Assembly (NCBI RefSeq): GCF_000143415.4
Contig: NW_003314264.1
Coordinates: forward strand, 352,774-416,773
Reading direction: 5' to 3'
Origin: Selaginella moellendorffii
Taxonomy: Eukaryota > Plantae > Lycopodiophyta
DNA length: 64,000 nucleotides
The notes under the pieces were generated by a model. That model was not told the origin of the DNA and did not search any database. It was given only the letters and a program-made list of their open reading frames with translations. The position numbers and the translations under genes were made by a program. Within the stretch, counting starts at the first letter, position 1. Each line of letters begins with the position of its first letter. Below are positions 62,137 through 64,000 of this stretch, piece by piece.

Positions 62137-63352
62137 CTAAGTGTTGGGAACGTAAGTGCCAATGTAGCCAAAGCCCATGATGAAGAATGCGACCGCTTGC
62201 AAGTAGAGATAGATGTAGTAACGGTCGCGCCCGAACGCCAAATCGTAAGACGCGCAAAAGAAGATGTACAGGCCGACGATCAGCTCCTGGACGAACAACC
62301 TGCACGTAGCACATGAAACACATGAAATCGCCGAGATATGTATGCTTGCCTTTCTCCGATCTTCTGCTTTGGTTTTTGCTTTAGTTTTGCAAACTTTATC
62401 TTGAGGGCGTCCCCGAGCTTCTCCGTCACAATCCACTCGTTGACACGGCCTATGTCCAGCAACCCGGTGATCGTCGCTTTGGTTCTGTGCATGGACATGA
62501 CGTTCTCAAACAGGACCCAGAAAACTAGGAAGGGGAGTGACCTGTAGGGAAGCAACGTTAAGAATCAGATGTATAAGGGGATAACACTCACTTTGGAGTT
62601 GCCATGCAGTTTAGCAGCGTTATCATCGACGGAAGATAAATGGAGCCCCACTTTGGTAAGTTGACCTCGGGCACCAGCACGCATGTTGGCACCACGACGC
62701 AGAAGAATATGAATGTGACAAGGTGTGCTACAATCTTCCGCACCAGAAAGAAAGAATAAAGAATGCTGAACTTCTTGAGCATGCTTACTTTCTGCGAAAT
62801 CAACAACGTGCCCCAGTGGTGAGAAAGAAAAACTAAAAGCCTGCCGTTTGCGTTATGCGCGTACGTACCTTAGCAGCCAAAACCCCCGGAATCATCTTCC
62901 GAAAGAGGTTAGCCGGCCCACATGACCATCTGTGCTGCTGATAACGATAGGCCTTAAATGTACTGGGAAGCTCGTTCTTCACCTGAGAAACAGAGAAACC
63001 ATATTACTTACTCTAAGCAAGGAAAAGGTACCAAACGTACCGAGAGGTCATCTAGATAAACGAACTTCCAGCCCCTGAGCCCCGCACGGACTGCCAAGTC
63101 CATGTCCTCAACCGTGGTCCGACTGTTCCACCCTCCAGCTTCACTAATGGCCGCAATGCGCCAAACTCCAGCAGTGCCTGTTGTAGCAAGCAGCAAGCGT
63201 TTCGTAAGCGTGACCCTGTAGCTAGCTTATTACCTACCATTGAATCCAAAGAAAGCATAGGTTGCGGATCCCACAGATTGCTCCACGGTAAAATGGTAAC
63301 TCAGCGACATCTCCTGCATCCGTGTCATCATGCACTCGTCGGCATTCACTGC
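62137..63352 (-). CDS. CSLA: Cellulose synthase-like A (mannan synthase), 3' part only
   Basis: [52 protein letters not shown]; 5' exons not recognised within the window. Confidence 0.92.
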
Positions 63353-64000
63353 TCCACATTGAAAGAGAGGAAAAAAAAGAAAAGAATAACGTCAATATCA
63401 GATCATTCAAGGGGCTGCCTGCTGGCCGCGCCTGAGACTGTGTGTGAGTGGTGGGAGAAAGAGAAAGAGGGGGATTCAAGCAACCCAAGGCATGCATGCA
63501 TCATGCGGCATTGTTCTTGCAGGGAGCCGATGTTAATGAGCCCTAAAAATGAGCAATTGGCGCGCAAATGCAACGCGCAAGAACTCGAGGAATCGTCGTC
63601 GTCGTCGCGTCGTCAGGGAGAGAGTAATTGAGTTGAGGGGCCGACACCCGTGCTACGTGGCCAGAATCCAGAGGACTTGACGACTGGGACGAGGCCACGT
63701 GGTGCGTGTGGCACAGACTGGCGCCACTTTATAGCCAAGGAGAAGCTTCCCGGGTGGTAAATCTCTCTTGTGCTTTACCCCTGTGCCGCGTGTCGGCGAG
63801 GCAAATCTATCTTCCCTCAAATCAAACCAGGCAGCAAAAGAGACACTACTATCTCTCGCCTCACACACAGTCCTCTCGGGTCAACTAACTAATTCCTGGA
63901 TCAAGACAACAAGACACACAAAATCAGCGGATGATCATCCCAGGGGAGAATGGAAAATGCATCGCCCAGGTAAAATCAATCAATCAATCAGCCAGCCAGC

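Overview
Land-plant nuclear DNA, most likely the lycophyte Selaginella (inferred from ~45-60 nt introns, very short intergenic spacers and the PPR style). Bases 1-37,100 are a nested transposon island. It holds a chromodomain Ty3/Gypsy element (family B, minus strand) whose integrase is split by two frame-restoring GT-AG introns, several copies of a non-autonomous LTR family (A) with microsatellite-filled LTRs, solo LTRs, and fragments of two further families (C, D). It also holds a 7.2-kb TIR DNA transposon (20,405-27,575). This element carries a stop-riddled DDD-type (Sola-like/DUF7869-like) transposase with TnpA-like N-terminal domains, and a divergent 9-exon cargo gene with an open spliced frame ending in an FCP1/NIF-type HAD phosphatase domain. 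About 9 copies of a spaced palindrome ATGGCRTG-N6-CAYGCCAT are scattered through the element, three of them in consecutive introns. Bases 38,000-64,000 are an extremely gene-dense block: PPR, METTL21-like, FLD, tRNA-Tyr, a small TM protein, DUF3783, UVR8, FAS2, BMS1, an unknown protein, MAP1, cyclophilin, INO80E-like, LYR, beta-galactosidase and partial CSLA. Two co-directional gene pairs are separated by only 8 and 10 nt and are candidate bicistronic loci. All family assignments come from manual motif recognition; no database searches were run.
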